A program made the translations under genes and the position numbers. Below are positions 28,282 through 38,550 of a stretch of 64,000 nucleotides of DNA, piece after piece. Under the pieces are notes generated by a model. That model was not told where the DNA came from and made no database searches. It was given only the letters and a program-made list of their open reading frames with translations. Origin of the DNA: Leptogorgia sarmentosa (lineage: Eukaryota); assembly GCA_964658305.1 (NCBI GenBank), contig OZ210885.1, positions 3,286,001 through 3,350,000 of the forward strand, given 5' to 3'. Within the stretch, counting starts at the first letter, position 1. Every line of letters begins with the position of its first letter.

Positions 28282-28681
28282 TACCGGGCACATCTGGCGC
28301 CGGAAGTAATTAGCATGCAATGAGTAATTAGTAACGTAACCGCGGCATGTGTTCCAGATACGCGTCCGTATTATAAAAGTAAACTTGTATGCATGTAGAA
28401 AGGGTAGAATTTTTCGGTAAAAGAGATGTAATGTGCGACTAAAAGTTTAAAAGATGAGGGTTAGTTGAATAAATGTCAAATAGTAAAGTAAATATGTATT
28501 GCGCCGGCAGAAGAATAGCGAGTAATTAGTATTAGTCTATTATGGCCGCAATAACCCAGGGAATAATGAATGAGACTTTATGTTTTTGTAACAAGTTTAT
28601 TAATCATAAAAATATTGCTCATGTACTTTTACAAGTCATATAGAGAATTTTAGTTTATGTGCCAGGAAACCTAGCTAATAT

Positions 28682-29263
28682 TTAATAATGGTCTTCATCA
28701 TCACTGTCCTCTGTAAAGGTGTAATCTTTTAACAGTTTTTTAATCAGAAATTTTCTCTTATCAACCGCTGCTTGAATAGCTTCTTCGGGATCAAAATTAT
28801 CATCGTTTACAAAGGCATCTTTTGTTTGCATTATTTTCTTATGCACTGGGTCATTCTTTAGTTGTTTCATCCACGAAAGACGATTCATATAGATACTTTC
28901 CAACTCATTTTGCAGCTTAGGCAGGAATTCGGAGTAAGCTTTTTGTCCAGCGGATTGCTCATCCAAGCCACTATGTATCAAATTCGTCTCCATTTCTTTA
29001 AAAGCCGTTTTATACTTTTGCATTGTTTCTTCTACCATTGGCATCCAAGGATCATTTTCTTCCTCCTCAGTTCCGTCGTCTGTTGTCACCGGACTTTCAG
29101 AACTATGAGTTGAAGCAGTCGAAAAATCGCCTTCCGATTCCGTTGTCTGACTGTCTGTTTCTGACATTTCACTCTCTTGATCCTTTAATGGACAGTACAT
29201 GCTTTCGTGTCGACGTAGATTGAAACCTCGATTAAATGCTTTCCCGCAGAATTTGCAGCTCAT
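28682..29263 (-). CDS. Intronless 193-aa zinc-finger protein resembling accessory ORFs of invertebrate Polinton/Maverick (adintovirus-like) elements
   Basis: N-terminal C2H2/C2HC-type finger CKFCGKAFNRGFNLRRHESMYC, acidic linker, C-terminal DPVHKKIMQTK..DDNFDPEEAIQAAVDKRKFLI block that I recall from Maverick ORFs (family call from memory, not searched). Confidence 0.65.
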   Translation of the reverse strand: MSCKFCGKAFNRGFNLRRHESMYCPLKDQESEMSETDSQTTESEGDFSTASTHSSESPVTTDDGTEEEENDPWMPMVEETMQKYKTAFKEMETNLIHSGLDEQSAGQKAYSEFLPKLQNELESIYMNRLSWMKQLKNDPVHKKIMQTKDAFVNDDNFDPEEAIQAAVDKRKFLIKKLLKDYTFTEDSDDEDHY

Positions 29264-29653
29264 TTCGCTAGCAAGGACTGTGTAAAAATGCCGTGTTATT
29301 GAGCACTATCGCACTTTTATTTGAGCATATGAGCATGTGCTCATGAGCAGTTATGAGCATATGAGCATGTGCTCATGAGGGAATGAGCGATTACGAGCAT
29401 CGCTCACAAGTGCTCAAAACTGCTCATGAGCACATACTCATATGCTCATAAGGCCCGATGGCCCGATTGATCATGGTAAAACTTTGACCACACATCGTTT
29501 CCTCTCTGCAGGTAATAAAGGCGCTGTCTCATACTCCACTATACCAGTTAATATATTAGCCATTTATCTTTGTCTTTCCCTGTGCTAGAATGTTCTTGCG
29601 GCTGCTCTGGCCTTTTTTGTTAATTTGACGGCTTGTAAGTAAATATTAAATTT

Positions 29654-29742
29654 TCCTTCGAGCTGGGTTCGAACCAACGACCTAGGGATTTCAATTGAAT
29701 ACTTCTACAGTCCCTCGTTCTACCAATTTGAGCTACCGAAGG
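29654..29742 (-). tRNA. tRNA-Tyr(GTA) with 15-nt intron, divergent
   Basis: CCTTCGG TA GCTC AAATTGGTA GAAC G AGGGA CTGTAG[aagtattcaattgaa]A TCCCT AGGTC GTTGG TTCGAAC CCAGC TCGAAGG A. Intron at the canonical 37/38 site; one D-stem mismatch. Confidence 0.8.
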
Positions 29743-29796
29743 ATCAGATAATAAGTTACAAAATTTATTGCCTATTATAATGCCCACATTATCGAA

Positions 29797-29868
29797 TACC
29801 GTGACCAGGAATCGAACCTGGGTTATTGCGGCCACAACGCAATGTAATAACCACTATACTATCACAGC
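29797..29868 (-). tRNA. tRNA-His(GTG), divergent
   Basis: GCTGTGA TA GTAT AGTGGTTA TTAC A TTGCG TTGTGGC CGCAA TAAC CCAGG TTCGATT CCTGG TCACGGT A (72 nt); anticodon and T stems pair perfectly. Confidence 0.82.
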
Positions 29869-30101
29869 TAATAACTTTTTTAGTTCAAATCACCGCTCAG
29901 AAATATTCATGAGCACATGCTCATCTACTCATCGCATGAATTGCACTGGAATTTAATAAGGCTTGTGGTAAAATTAAACCCTATGTTCTATCTTACCCTT
30001 TTTATCGTATGAGCATATGATTATTCCGCATATCACAAAGACCTCATCCAATAATTGTTAATAATTGAACTGCATGGGAAATTTAATTCCATAAAGTTTA
30101 A

Positions 30102-30160
30102 TCTCGTACCCTGAGCCTGCGATCTTCGTTTGGAGGATCGCAGGCTCAGGGTACGACATT
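30102..30160. repeat. Short hairpin mini-repeat (TCGTACCC..GGGTACGA type)
   Basis: TCGTACCCTGAGCCTGCGATC..GATCGCAGGCTCAGGGTACGA, a perfect 21-bp stem; a related degenerate copy at ~5460-5521. Confidence 0.6.
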
Positions 30161-32763
30161 GGATAATGTTTATAACGTTTATATATAATGATCAACTCCA
30201 ACATTGTAGTTTTCTTAACGTAACCGTCCTTAATGTTTTATTCAAATTTTGTTATAGACAAAATATTTTAGAAACATCTCTGAATAATTTTTGACATAAA
30301 GCTCGGCGGCTATTGGCTCACGAATGACAGAGTTTGCGAGAGCCAATGAGCAGCCGAGTTTTATTGACTCCACGCCATTACGGCCAATTTAGACGTCCGT
30401 TTGAGGCCTCTTATATGCATATACGCCATTGGACGTCATTACTTTTGTCTTCACTTTTTCGCCGCAGGCTGTTCCAGATCTATTGAATCATAGAGTTAAC
30501 TGCTTGTCACCCGAGCTAAAGCGAGTCATAATTTCTGTTGGGTTTTTTTTTGGAGGGGGGGGTCTCCCACGTGGCCTGACTAAGCTAAATGTGCGCTTCA
30601 CAAAGATATTTTAATTTGTGAATTAGGCAATACTTCAATGTATGTTGTTGTCCATACATTTTTTAATGATTCTAGTTAAATATATTTGTTTTGTTAACGT
30701 ATTTTGCTCAAGTTTGGACGCGTTTGTTTATGCCGAAAAATGCCACAAAATTTACCTGTTCATAACAAGAAAAAATGCAGACTTTTTCCCCCAAACGGCA
30801 GTGAGTGTTCATGTAACATCCTCAGGTAACACTAGACCAGTGTTATAAAGATTTTTCTTTTACAATATCTTGACAATTGATCGAAATAAATGAAGGAATG
30901 AGCAAGCGGCAAAAACAAACAAAAATGCTTCGAAAAAGCAAACATCACGTCCTAGATCGAAACCGGAAGTGAAGTTACGCCACTCTCACGTCGTCTTAGA
31001 CGTCGCGTCGTGTTTTCTAAATCTATCTATTATTTCACAATAGACCAGCCCAAACACGCCCAACATTTTATCTGTTTGACATTTTAGCAGAACAAAATCT
31101 TAAGCAATCAGGAATCCAACACTGTCTTCAAATCATAAACTATGACTCATTTCAATTATGACTCATTTCAATTATGACTCATTTCAATGCCTCAAAATCA
31201 CTTAACGCTTCATTAAATCCCGGGTAAGCGGATCATATAAACAGCCTCTTAGCAGGGTTTAGAACTGTGATAAAATGATTAAATATTATTGCTGGAATAA
31301 AACATCTGCATAACAGACGAAGACGTTACCAAACACTTTACGTCAAGAACTCCGCAGTCCGTCAAAGTTTTTCAAGAGTATAAAGAGCTTTTCAAGAGCT
31401 CAGCTTATTGGGACCTCATCGAGACAAAAGAAATATTTGGGAATTGCCACGTTTGGAATTTATAAATGTTTGACAATGAATTTTCTGGCATTGTTACTGG
31501 TGACATTTTCAACGTCCTCTGCCCTGGGAACTGTCTTCAAAGACGGAAAGTCATGTACTTCGAGACATTTCATGAAAACCAGCTTAGGTAACTATTCTTC
31601 ATAATTATGGTTTTAACTTTCCTATGCTTTCCACTAAAGACAAAGTCAAGCTGGCGGGTATTAGAACCAGCGGCTAAAGTGCACTTATAGTATGGGCGTA
31701 ATAATGAAGGTGACCTTCCGGCCTAGAATGTTTTTTGTGGACGAAATTCAAGTCCAATCGGTCGGGATGTTGGGCATCTTAAAAAATCATTAAAAAATCA
31801 GTACTTAAAAAATCATTAAAGTATTGCTATGTCAATTACTAAGGAGAAAGGGGGTCTTTTTTGCAAACGAGATTTCTAGATAACAATTTATGATAATAGC
31901 GCGGAATAACTTCGTAACTGCTATAATATATTTCATATATATATGTTTGTCGCGAATCTTAATAAAAATTATGATTTTTTAAGCTCCAATCTAGAGCAGG
32001 GCGTTATTATTATTTAATATATGGCAAGCATTTGTTTTGCCGAATGGCGCAATCTGATTGGCTGCTGACGCGGCAGGATTTTCACGCAACTTTTTTGCCC
32101 TATAGGAAAACAATCACAAAAAAAAACTTTAAAATTCAATGAAATTTTATTTATTAAAGTAGATCAGTGTTAAAATGAGCGACGATGAGCATTGTGAGAG
32201 CGAGTTTTATTACCGAGAGGTTGAAAATAAAGGATACGAAACTGTTTCTTGTCAGTTTAACGACGTACAGTATAATAATTTGGTTTTTTTGAAACGCACA
32301 TATGCCATATAATAAAAAACTTACTGACTTCGACTGTTCGGGCAGTACGGGAAAATATTAAACCTCGGTCTCGATGTATTAACCTTGCTATCGCTCCGTC
32401 AATACAGCAAGACCTCAGTCGGTATTATAGGATATTTTCCCGAACAGTCCTCACTCTCAGTCAGTAAGTATTAATGTATCCAGAAAGTTTGGTATTGATA
32501 TGTCGAATATCGGTTGTAACAAAACTACACACTGTCAGCTTTGTTCTTTTTATAACTGTACAATTCAAATGTGTTTGATTCAGAGGCGCACGTCAGGCAT
32601 GAATGTCAATTTCAACACAGCCTTTTTGTTCTTTCTCAGGAAACCAAGCACTTCGTGCATCAAACTTGATCTCAAGTCACAACGTTCATCTTTTATCAGA
32701 ATGTCATCTTCTCCGTGTAAATGCAGGAAATTGCTACGGTTATAACTTCAGAGTCAGACCTAG

Positions 32764-35700
32764 TGTCCGGAAGTACATTTGGGGCATACGTCATCGTACG
32801 ATGACGTATAGAACACGAGGGTTGTTGTTGTTGTGTAGTTGAAAACGAGCATGTGAGAATAAAAGAGAAACGATATTCTATTGTGATTTGTTTGGGATAC
32901 GATTCTTTTGGGGGGCCAAGAAATCCCGAATACGTGGCGACCGACGGCAGGATTGTGAATTCAACAACTAAAACCAGGGAATTACTCAACATGGAAGAGT
33001 TAACAGCTAAACTAGAAACGAAATTAAAGCTCTTGGATTTTACAGCAAGAAAGACCGAATCTACCATCGCCAAAGCAGACACCGAAGTCTCGGAAAGGCT
33101 GTGTTCATCGATCAAAGCCATGATAAAGGTCGTAAGCAACGTTAAGGAGGAAATCGAAGAACAGATGTTTAAATCGGGAGCAAGCGTAGATGAGGTTAGT
33201 GCATAGAGCAACAAAATATGGAATTCGCAGACGAACAGGTGCGAAAAATAACAAACCAGATTCGAGAGATAAACTACGAGTTTAAACAAGCTGAGGATGG
33301 TAAGAAGAGAGAAGCACAACTTGAATTCGAACGGGCTCAAGTGATATTACAACAGCAACACGAAAAACACGAAAGAGACGAGCAGATTGTACAAGAAGCC
33401 AAGCTATTAGATCAAAAGCTTAAATATCAACAACTATTCGATGGAACGCAACCTAGCGCCCTAACAGATGGAGTACCGGCCAAACTACCGAAACTACAGA
33501 TAACGAAATTTAGTGGACTATTTAGCGACTGGTTAAGGTTCTGGAACCAATTCACCGCGATAATCGACAGCCAAAACATCAGTCCGATAACGAAGTTCTC
33601 ATATCTTAAGGAACACTTGGACCCAAAAGTAAAACGAAGCATCGACGGGCTACCATTTACGGACAAGGGATATGCCAAAGCAAAGGAAATCCTAGTCGAA
33701 AAATACGCCAACGAAAGCGAGATTGTCAACGCTTATGTCGAAGAAATTATTTCCTTGCCAACAATTAACGGATCTCAACCCGGGAAAATTCATTCATTCT
33801 TTGAGAAACTGCGATATAATGTACAATCGCTGGAAACACTCGATAAACTGAGCGACGTCAACGGATACGTCAGGATGACAATTAACAAACTTCCGAGCAT
33901 CCGCGGAGATCTTGTACGAACCGACTCCAAGTGGAAAGAATGGACGTTTGTTCAACTATGTGAAGCCTTACGAGATTGGACTGAAAGAAATCCAGTCGAA
34001 CACAACCAATCTGAAGATAAACGAAGAGATAGATATGCTAAGGCATTCAACACGCAGCAGAAGAAAGACACAACCAAATCTCGAGCATGTGTTTACTGTG
34101 ATTCGACGGAACATAAGTCGACAACTTGTTCAGTCGCTAGCACACCAGCAGAACGGAAGAAGATACTAGCACAAAAGAAACTATGTTACAATTGCACTGG
34201 AGGGTCACATCGTGCGGCTGAATGTCGAAGCACCACCACGTGTCGTAACTGTGGTAAAAGACACCACACGTCGATCTGTGACCCGGAAGCCAAATCAGAG
34301 ATGTTAAAGTCAGCGCATCAAGCGGACGAAAGTGAGGTGATATATCCAGTCGTTTTGTTAGAGGTGGACGGCATCAAGACGAGAGCTTTACTTGATACAG
34401 GAGCTAGGAGCTCGTATGCTTCGGCCAGACTAATTAATGCGCTTCATAAACAGCCAACAGAAACTAAGACCAAACGTATAGAGATGATGCTTGGCTCAAC
34501 TACAACAAAAGTAGAAATTTATAACGTTAAGGTGAAAGCATTGGACGGTGATTTTAGCATGGATGTCAATGTAACCAAGGTGGATAAACCACAGTTGATG
34601 CATTTGGATAACCCAAATTACGAGACCTTGTTGAAAAACCACCCGCATCTTGAGGGAGTACAGATCGACGACGTGGATGTGAACCCACATTTACCTGTTC
34701 ATGTTGTACTAGGCGCCAGTGAATACGCGGCAATTAAAACGAAGACGGCACCAAGAATCGGATCACCGGGTCAACCAATCGCAGAAAAGACATTACTCGG
34801 CTGGACAATTATGTCACCAGGTAGAGAAGTAGACACTGCCCCACTATTGCTCACTAGCTCCAAGAGTGTCGACTTCGACCAACTTTGTAGTCTGGATGTT
34901 CTCGGTTTGGCTGATTCGCCTTCGGGAGACCAACACGAAGTGTACAAGGAATTTAAGGAGCAGCTGACGCGTAGTCCAGAGGGGTGGTACGAAACCGGGC
35001 TCCCCTGGAAGGGCAACCACGCAGAGCTACCTACCAATAAAACTGGAAGTATCCGAAGGCTTCAACAGCTGGTGAAGAAGTTAGAGCGGGACAATAATTA
35101 TACAGCTTATGACAAGGTTATTCAAGAACAGATCGAACAGGGAGTGGTTGAGGTAGCCCCAGCAGAGGCGATTGGTAACGAATTCTACCTTCCACATAAG
35201 GCAGTAATCAGACAACAAGCGGAAAGTTCGAAGCTGAGAGTAGTTTACGATGCTTCAGCGAAAGAACGAGATGACCAGCCATCGTTGAATGACTGTCTAC
35301 ACCCGGGCCCAGCTTTGCAGAACTTGCTTTGGGCAGTGCTCGTGAGAAACCGAATTCACCCAGTTGCGATTACCGGGGATCTGCAGAAAGCCTTTCTGCA
35401 GGTCCGAATACGGGAAGCGGAGCGTGACGCTCTTAGATTCCACTGGAAACCTCCTGGCCATTCAGACGTAGAAGTTTATAGGTTTACTAGAGCGCTATTT
35501 GGGTTGACCTCCTCTCCATTCTTGTTGGGTGGGGTCATCGATCAACATCTCGTATCGTGGGAGACTCGGTACCCAGAGTTCGTGGAGGAAATACGTAAAA
35601 GTTTATATGTCGATGACTTACTGTCAGGGGGAGCGACTGTCGAAGAAGCAAAAACCATGAAGTCGAGGGCGAAGGAGATCTTCGAAGATGCTGGATTCAA

Positions 35701-38550
35701 TCTGCACAAATGGCACAGCAATGAAAGCGAGTTAGAGTTGGACAACGACGGGAAAGACGGAAATGAGGAACTATCATATGCCAAACAGCAACTGGGAGGT
35801 ACATCATCAGAATCGACGTTACTGGGTCTTCCATGGGAAAAAGAGAATGACACACTAAGAATCGAATTTCCTCAGGTACATACGGAGCCGACTAAACGAG
35901 GAGTCTTGTCCACCCTAGCCAAAGTGTATGACCCCCTTGGATTGGTTTCCCCAACCACATTATCTGGGAAACTGATTTTCCGCGACATCGGCGACGAGAA
36001 GCTTGCATGGGACGCTGAACTACCCCCACCATTGAGAAAATTGTGGAACAAGTGGTATAACAATTTGCCAGAGTTCGTAACCATCCCGAGATCAATTGCA
36101 CCGCATCAACAACCGATACAAGAACTGACATTGCATGCCTTCGGTGATGCAAGCGGGAGAGGGGTTTGCGCAGCAGTGTATGCTGTCGTCAAGCAAGAAG
36201 GTGGAGCAGCACAGAATATCGTGACAGCCAAGTCACGCGTAGCCAAACGTGGACTAACCATACCGAGGCTAGAACTGGTGGCCGGCCACATGGCCGCTAA
36301 CTTGATTACCAATGTCGAAGAAGCAATTAAACCCAGCAGAACAGCGGACCTCCATTGTTGGCTGGACAGTACGGTGGCATTGTTCTGGATCCTCGGTACA
36401 GGCGAGTACAGACAGTTCGTGTCGAACCGAGTAAACAAGATCCGCCAACATTCAAGCATCACATGGCACCATGTACCTACGGCGGAGAACCCGGCCGACC
36501 TGGGAAGCCGCGGGGGGAGCGTGGTGGACGCCCCACTCTGGAGGTATGGCCCTCAGTGGTTGGGAGACCCCGAGAAGTGGCCACCGAACATAACACCCAC
36601 GCCTAGTGCCAGTAGCAATGCTGAAGCAAAGATCACTAGAGAAATCTTCGCGGTGACCGTTAACGTCCACGACAGCTTCGACGAACTGTTGTCTAAACAT
36701 GGCCTTTGGCAGGTCTTGCGAATCGGGTCGTGGGTGCAACGGTTCATTGACAACTGTAAGGCAACGGTGGCAGCAAAAAGATCTGGGTATGAGGGTGAGG
36801 CAGCTAGAGAACTGGGACCACTTACAGGAACCGAAATAGAGAACCACAAGACCTGGTGGATCAAGCGAGTTCAGCGGGATGCACGGTCCACAGCTAAATT
36901 CGAGAAAGACAAACTCCAGTTAAACCTGCAGAGCAACCAAGAGCAGATCTTAGAATGTCGAGGACGTCTCGAAGGCGAATATCCTATTTACTTGCCAGAT
37001 GATCACCCCTTCACAGACAAGTTGGTTCACCAAGCTCATCTTGCAACACTGCATGGGGGAGTTGGACTGGTCATGGCCAGGATCAGGGAGCTGTACTGGG
37101 TCCCACGACTTCGACGCCTTGTGAAAAAGGTACGAGGGAAGTGTTGGGGATGCAAGAGATTCCGTACCAAGCCATTCCCGTCACCACCGCCTGGGAACTT
37201 ACCGAGAACCAGAACCAGCGGCAATACGCCTTACGAAGTGATAGGAGTCGATTTTGCGGGCCCGATAATGTATCGAACCAAGTCGAAAGTAGAGAAGAAA
37301 TCCTATCTCGCATTATACGGATGCAGTTTAACCCGAGGAGTGTTCTTAGATTTACTTCCCTCCCTGAACACAGAAGAGTTTATTATCAGTCTCAAACGAT
37401 TCGTTGCCCGTCGCGGCAGACCCAAGCTGGTATATTCAGACAACGGTAGCACCTTCAAGGCGGCGGCTAAGTGGCTCAAAGAAGCCCGAATAAGCGAGAA
37501 GTTCAACGACTTCTTGGCTCGACATGCGATTACGTGGCAGTTCAACCTGAGCCGAGCGCCATGGTGGGGCGGTCAATTTGAGCGCCTCATCGGGTTGTTT
37601 AAGAACGCTTTCTATAAAACCATCGGAAATGCTACCTTGCATTGGTCAGAACTCGAAGAACTCGTCCTAGACGTAGAAATAACAATGAACAACCGACCCC
37701 TGAACTATCTGGAGGATGATATTCAACGCCCGCTGCTCACGCCAAACTCCATGCTCAACCTTAACCCGAATGACCTACCGAATGTGGAGTGGTCGCAGAT
37801 CTCTGATAGGGATCTCCGTAAGAGGGCAAAATATCTGACTCGTTGCAAAGAGATGGTTTGGAATCGTTGGTCCAAAGAGTATGTACGGGCACTTCGAGAG
37901 CAGCACAGGCGAGCAGGAGGCGAACAGACACTGCATCCGAAGACTGGCGAGGTTGTGATTATCAAGGGTGAGGCAAAGAACCGCAATCACTGGAAACTGG
38001 GAGTGGTCCAGGAACTCATTGCAGGGAGAGATGGAATAATACGAGGAGCCAAAGTCAAAACAAGCAACGGAGTTCTCGAGCGAGCGACCCAACATCTCTG
38101 CCCTTTAGAATTATCGTGCGATCGTCCATTGCCTGGAGTACTAAATCCAGTAGCCCCAGAGTTTTTGCCGAGACCTCAAAGAGATGCGGCCGCTGCAGCA
38201 AAGTTGCGAATTCAGAACAATCTTAACGAAGAGGACAGAGAACAATGACTGACCGGCAAATCCCAAGTTAGAAAAGGACGTTATATCGTTAAAGTTAAGA
38301 AGCATTCCTGTTATTTCGAAAGTCATAAGGACCATAGGATGACATATATATTCCCCATGGACGAATCTATATGGGGGAGTGTGTCCGGAAGTACATTTGG
38401 GGCATACGTCATCGTACGATGACGTATAGAACACGAGGGTTGTTGTTGTTGTGTAGTTGAAAACGAGCATGTGAGAATAAAAGAGAAACGATATTCTATT
38501 GTGATTTGTTTGGGATACGATTCTTTTGGGGGGCCAAGAAATCCCGAATA
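32764..38550 (+). mobile_element. Full-length BEL/Pao LTR retrotransposon
   Basis: 169-bp LTRs at 32764-32932 and 38382-38550, identical by eye; PBS TGGCGACCGAC at 32935; PPT GGGGGAG before the 3' LTR; CTAG duplicated on both flanks. Confidence 0.95.
33218..38248 (+). CDS. BEL/Pao gag-pol polyprotein (gag with Cys/His knuckles, aspartic protease, RT, RNase H, integrase); gag N-terminus (32991-33206) cut off by a stop and frameshift
   Basis: KLPKLQITKFSG, CYNC..H...C knuckles, LLDTGA, YVDD, LHAFGDAS, TIPRLEL, NPADLGSRG, GVDFAGP, SDNG, PWWGGQFERL, C-terminal WSKEY..WKLG tail. Confidence 0.93.
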   Translation: MEFADEQVRKITNQIREINYEFKQAEDGKKREAQLEFERAQVILQQQHEKHERDEQIVQEAKLLDQKLKYQQLFDGTQPSALTDGVPAKLPKLQITKFSGLFSDWLRFWNQFTAIIDSQNISPITKFSYLKEHLDPKVKRSIDGLPFTDKGYAKAKEILVEKYANESEIVNAYVEEIISLPTINGSQPGKIHSFFEKLRYNVQSLETLDKLSDVNGYVRMTINKLPSIRGDLVRTDSKWKEWTFVQLCEALRDWTERNPVEHNQSEDKRRDRYAKAFNTQQKKDTTKSRACVYCDSTEHKSTTCSVASTPAERKKILAQKKLCYNCTGGSHRAAECRSTTTCRNCGKRHHTSICDPEAKSEMLKSAHQADESEVIYPVVLLEVDGIKTRALLDTGARSSYASARLINALHKQPTETKTKRIEMMLGSTTTKVEIYNVKVKALDGDFSMDVNVTKVDKPQLMHLDNPNYETLLKNHPHLEGVQIDDVDVNPHLPVHVVLGASEYAAIKTKTAPRIGSPGQPIAEKTLLGWTIMSPGREVDTAPLLLTSSKSVDFDQLCSLDVLGLADSPSGDQHEVYKEFKEQLTRSPEGWYETGLPWKGNHAELPTNKTGSIRRLQQLVKKLERDNNYTAYDKVIQEQIEQGVVEVAPAEAIGNEFYLPHKAVIRQQAESSKLRVVYDASAKERDDQPSLNDCLHPGPALQNLLWAVLVRNRIHPVAITGDLQKAFLQVRIREAERDALRFHWKPPGHSDVEVYRFTRALFGLTSSPFLLGGVIDQHLVSWETRYPEFVEEIRKSLYVDDLLSGGATVEEAKTMKSRAKEIFEDAGFNLHKWHSNESELELDNDGKDGNEELSYAKQQLGGTSSESTLLGLPWEKENDTLRIEFPQVHTEPTKRGVLSTLAKVYDPLGLVSPTTLSGKLIFRDIGDEKLAWDAELPPPLRKLWNKWYNNLPEFVTIPRSIAPHQQPIQELTLHAFGDASGRGVCAAVYAVVKQEGGAAQNIVTAKSRVAKRGLTIPRLELVAGHMAANLITNVEEAIKPSRTADLHCWLDSTVALFWILGTGEYRQFVSNRVNKIRQHSSITWHHVPTAENPADLGSRGGSVVDAPLWRYGPQWLGDPEKWPPNITPTPSASSNAEAKITREIFAVTVNVHDSFDELLSKHGLWQVLRIGSWVQRFIDNCKATVAAKRSGYEGEAARELGPLTGTEIENHKTWWIKRVQRDARSTAKFEKDKLQLNLQSNQEQILECRGRLEGEYPIYLPDDHPFTDKLVHQAHLATLHGGVGLVMARIRELYWVPRLRRLVKKVRGKCWGCKRFRTKPFPSPPPGNLPRTRTSGNTPYEVIGVDFAGPIMYRTKSKVEKKSYLALYGCSLTRGVFLDLLPSLNTEEFIISLKRFVARRGRPKLVYSDNGSTFKAAAKWLKEARISEKFNDFLARHAITWQFNLSRAPWWGGQFERLIGLFKNAFYKTIGNATLHWSELEELVLDVEITMNNRPLNYLEDDIQRPLLTPNSMLNLNPNDLPNVEWSQISDRDLRKRAKYLTRCKEMVWNRWSKEYVRALREQHRRAGGEQTLHPKTGEVVIIKGEAKNRNHWKLGVVQELIAGRDGIIRGAKVKTSNGVLERATQHLCPLELSCDRPLPGVLNPVAPEFLPRPQRDAAAAAKLRIQNNLNEEDREQ

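Noticed and set aside
29299..29450. CRISPR-like array
   Set aside because: Motifs are short, overlapping and in both orientations, with no regular unique spacers and no cas genes.
28543..29834. Phage-style attL/attR at tRNA-His
   Set aside because: The 18-bp match is inverted rather than direct, and no integrase is adjacent.
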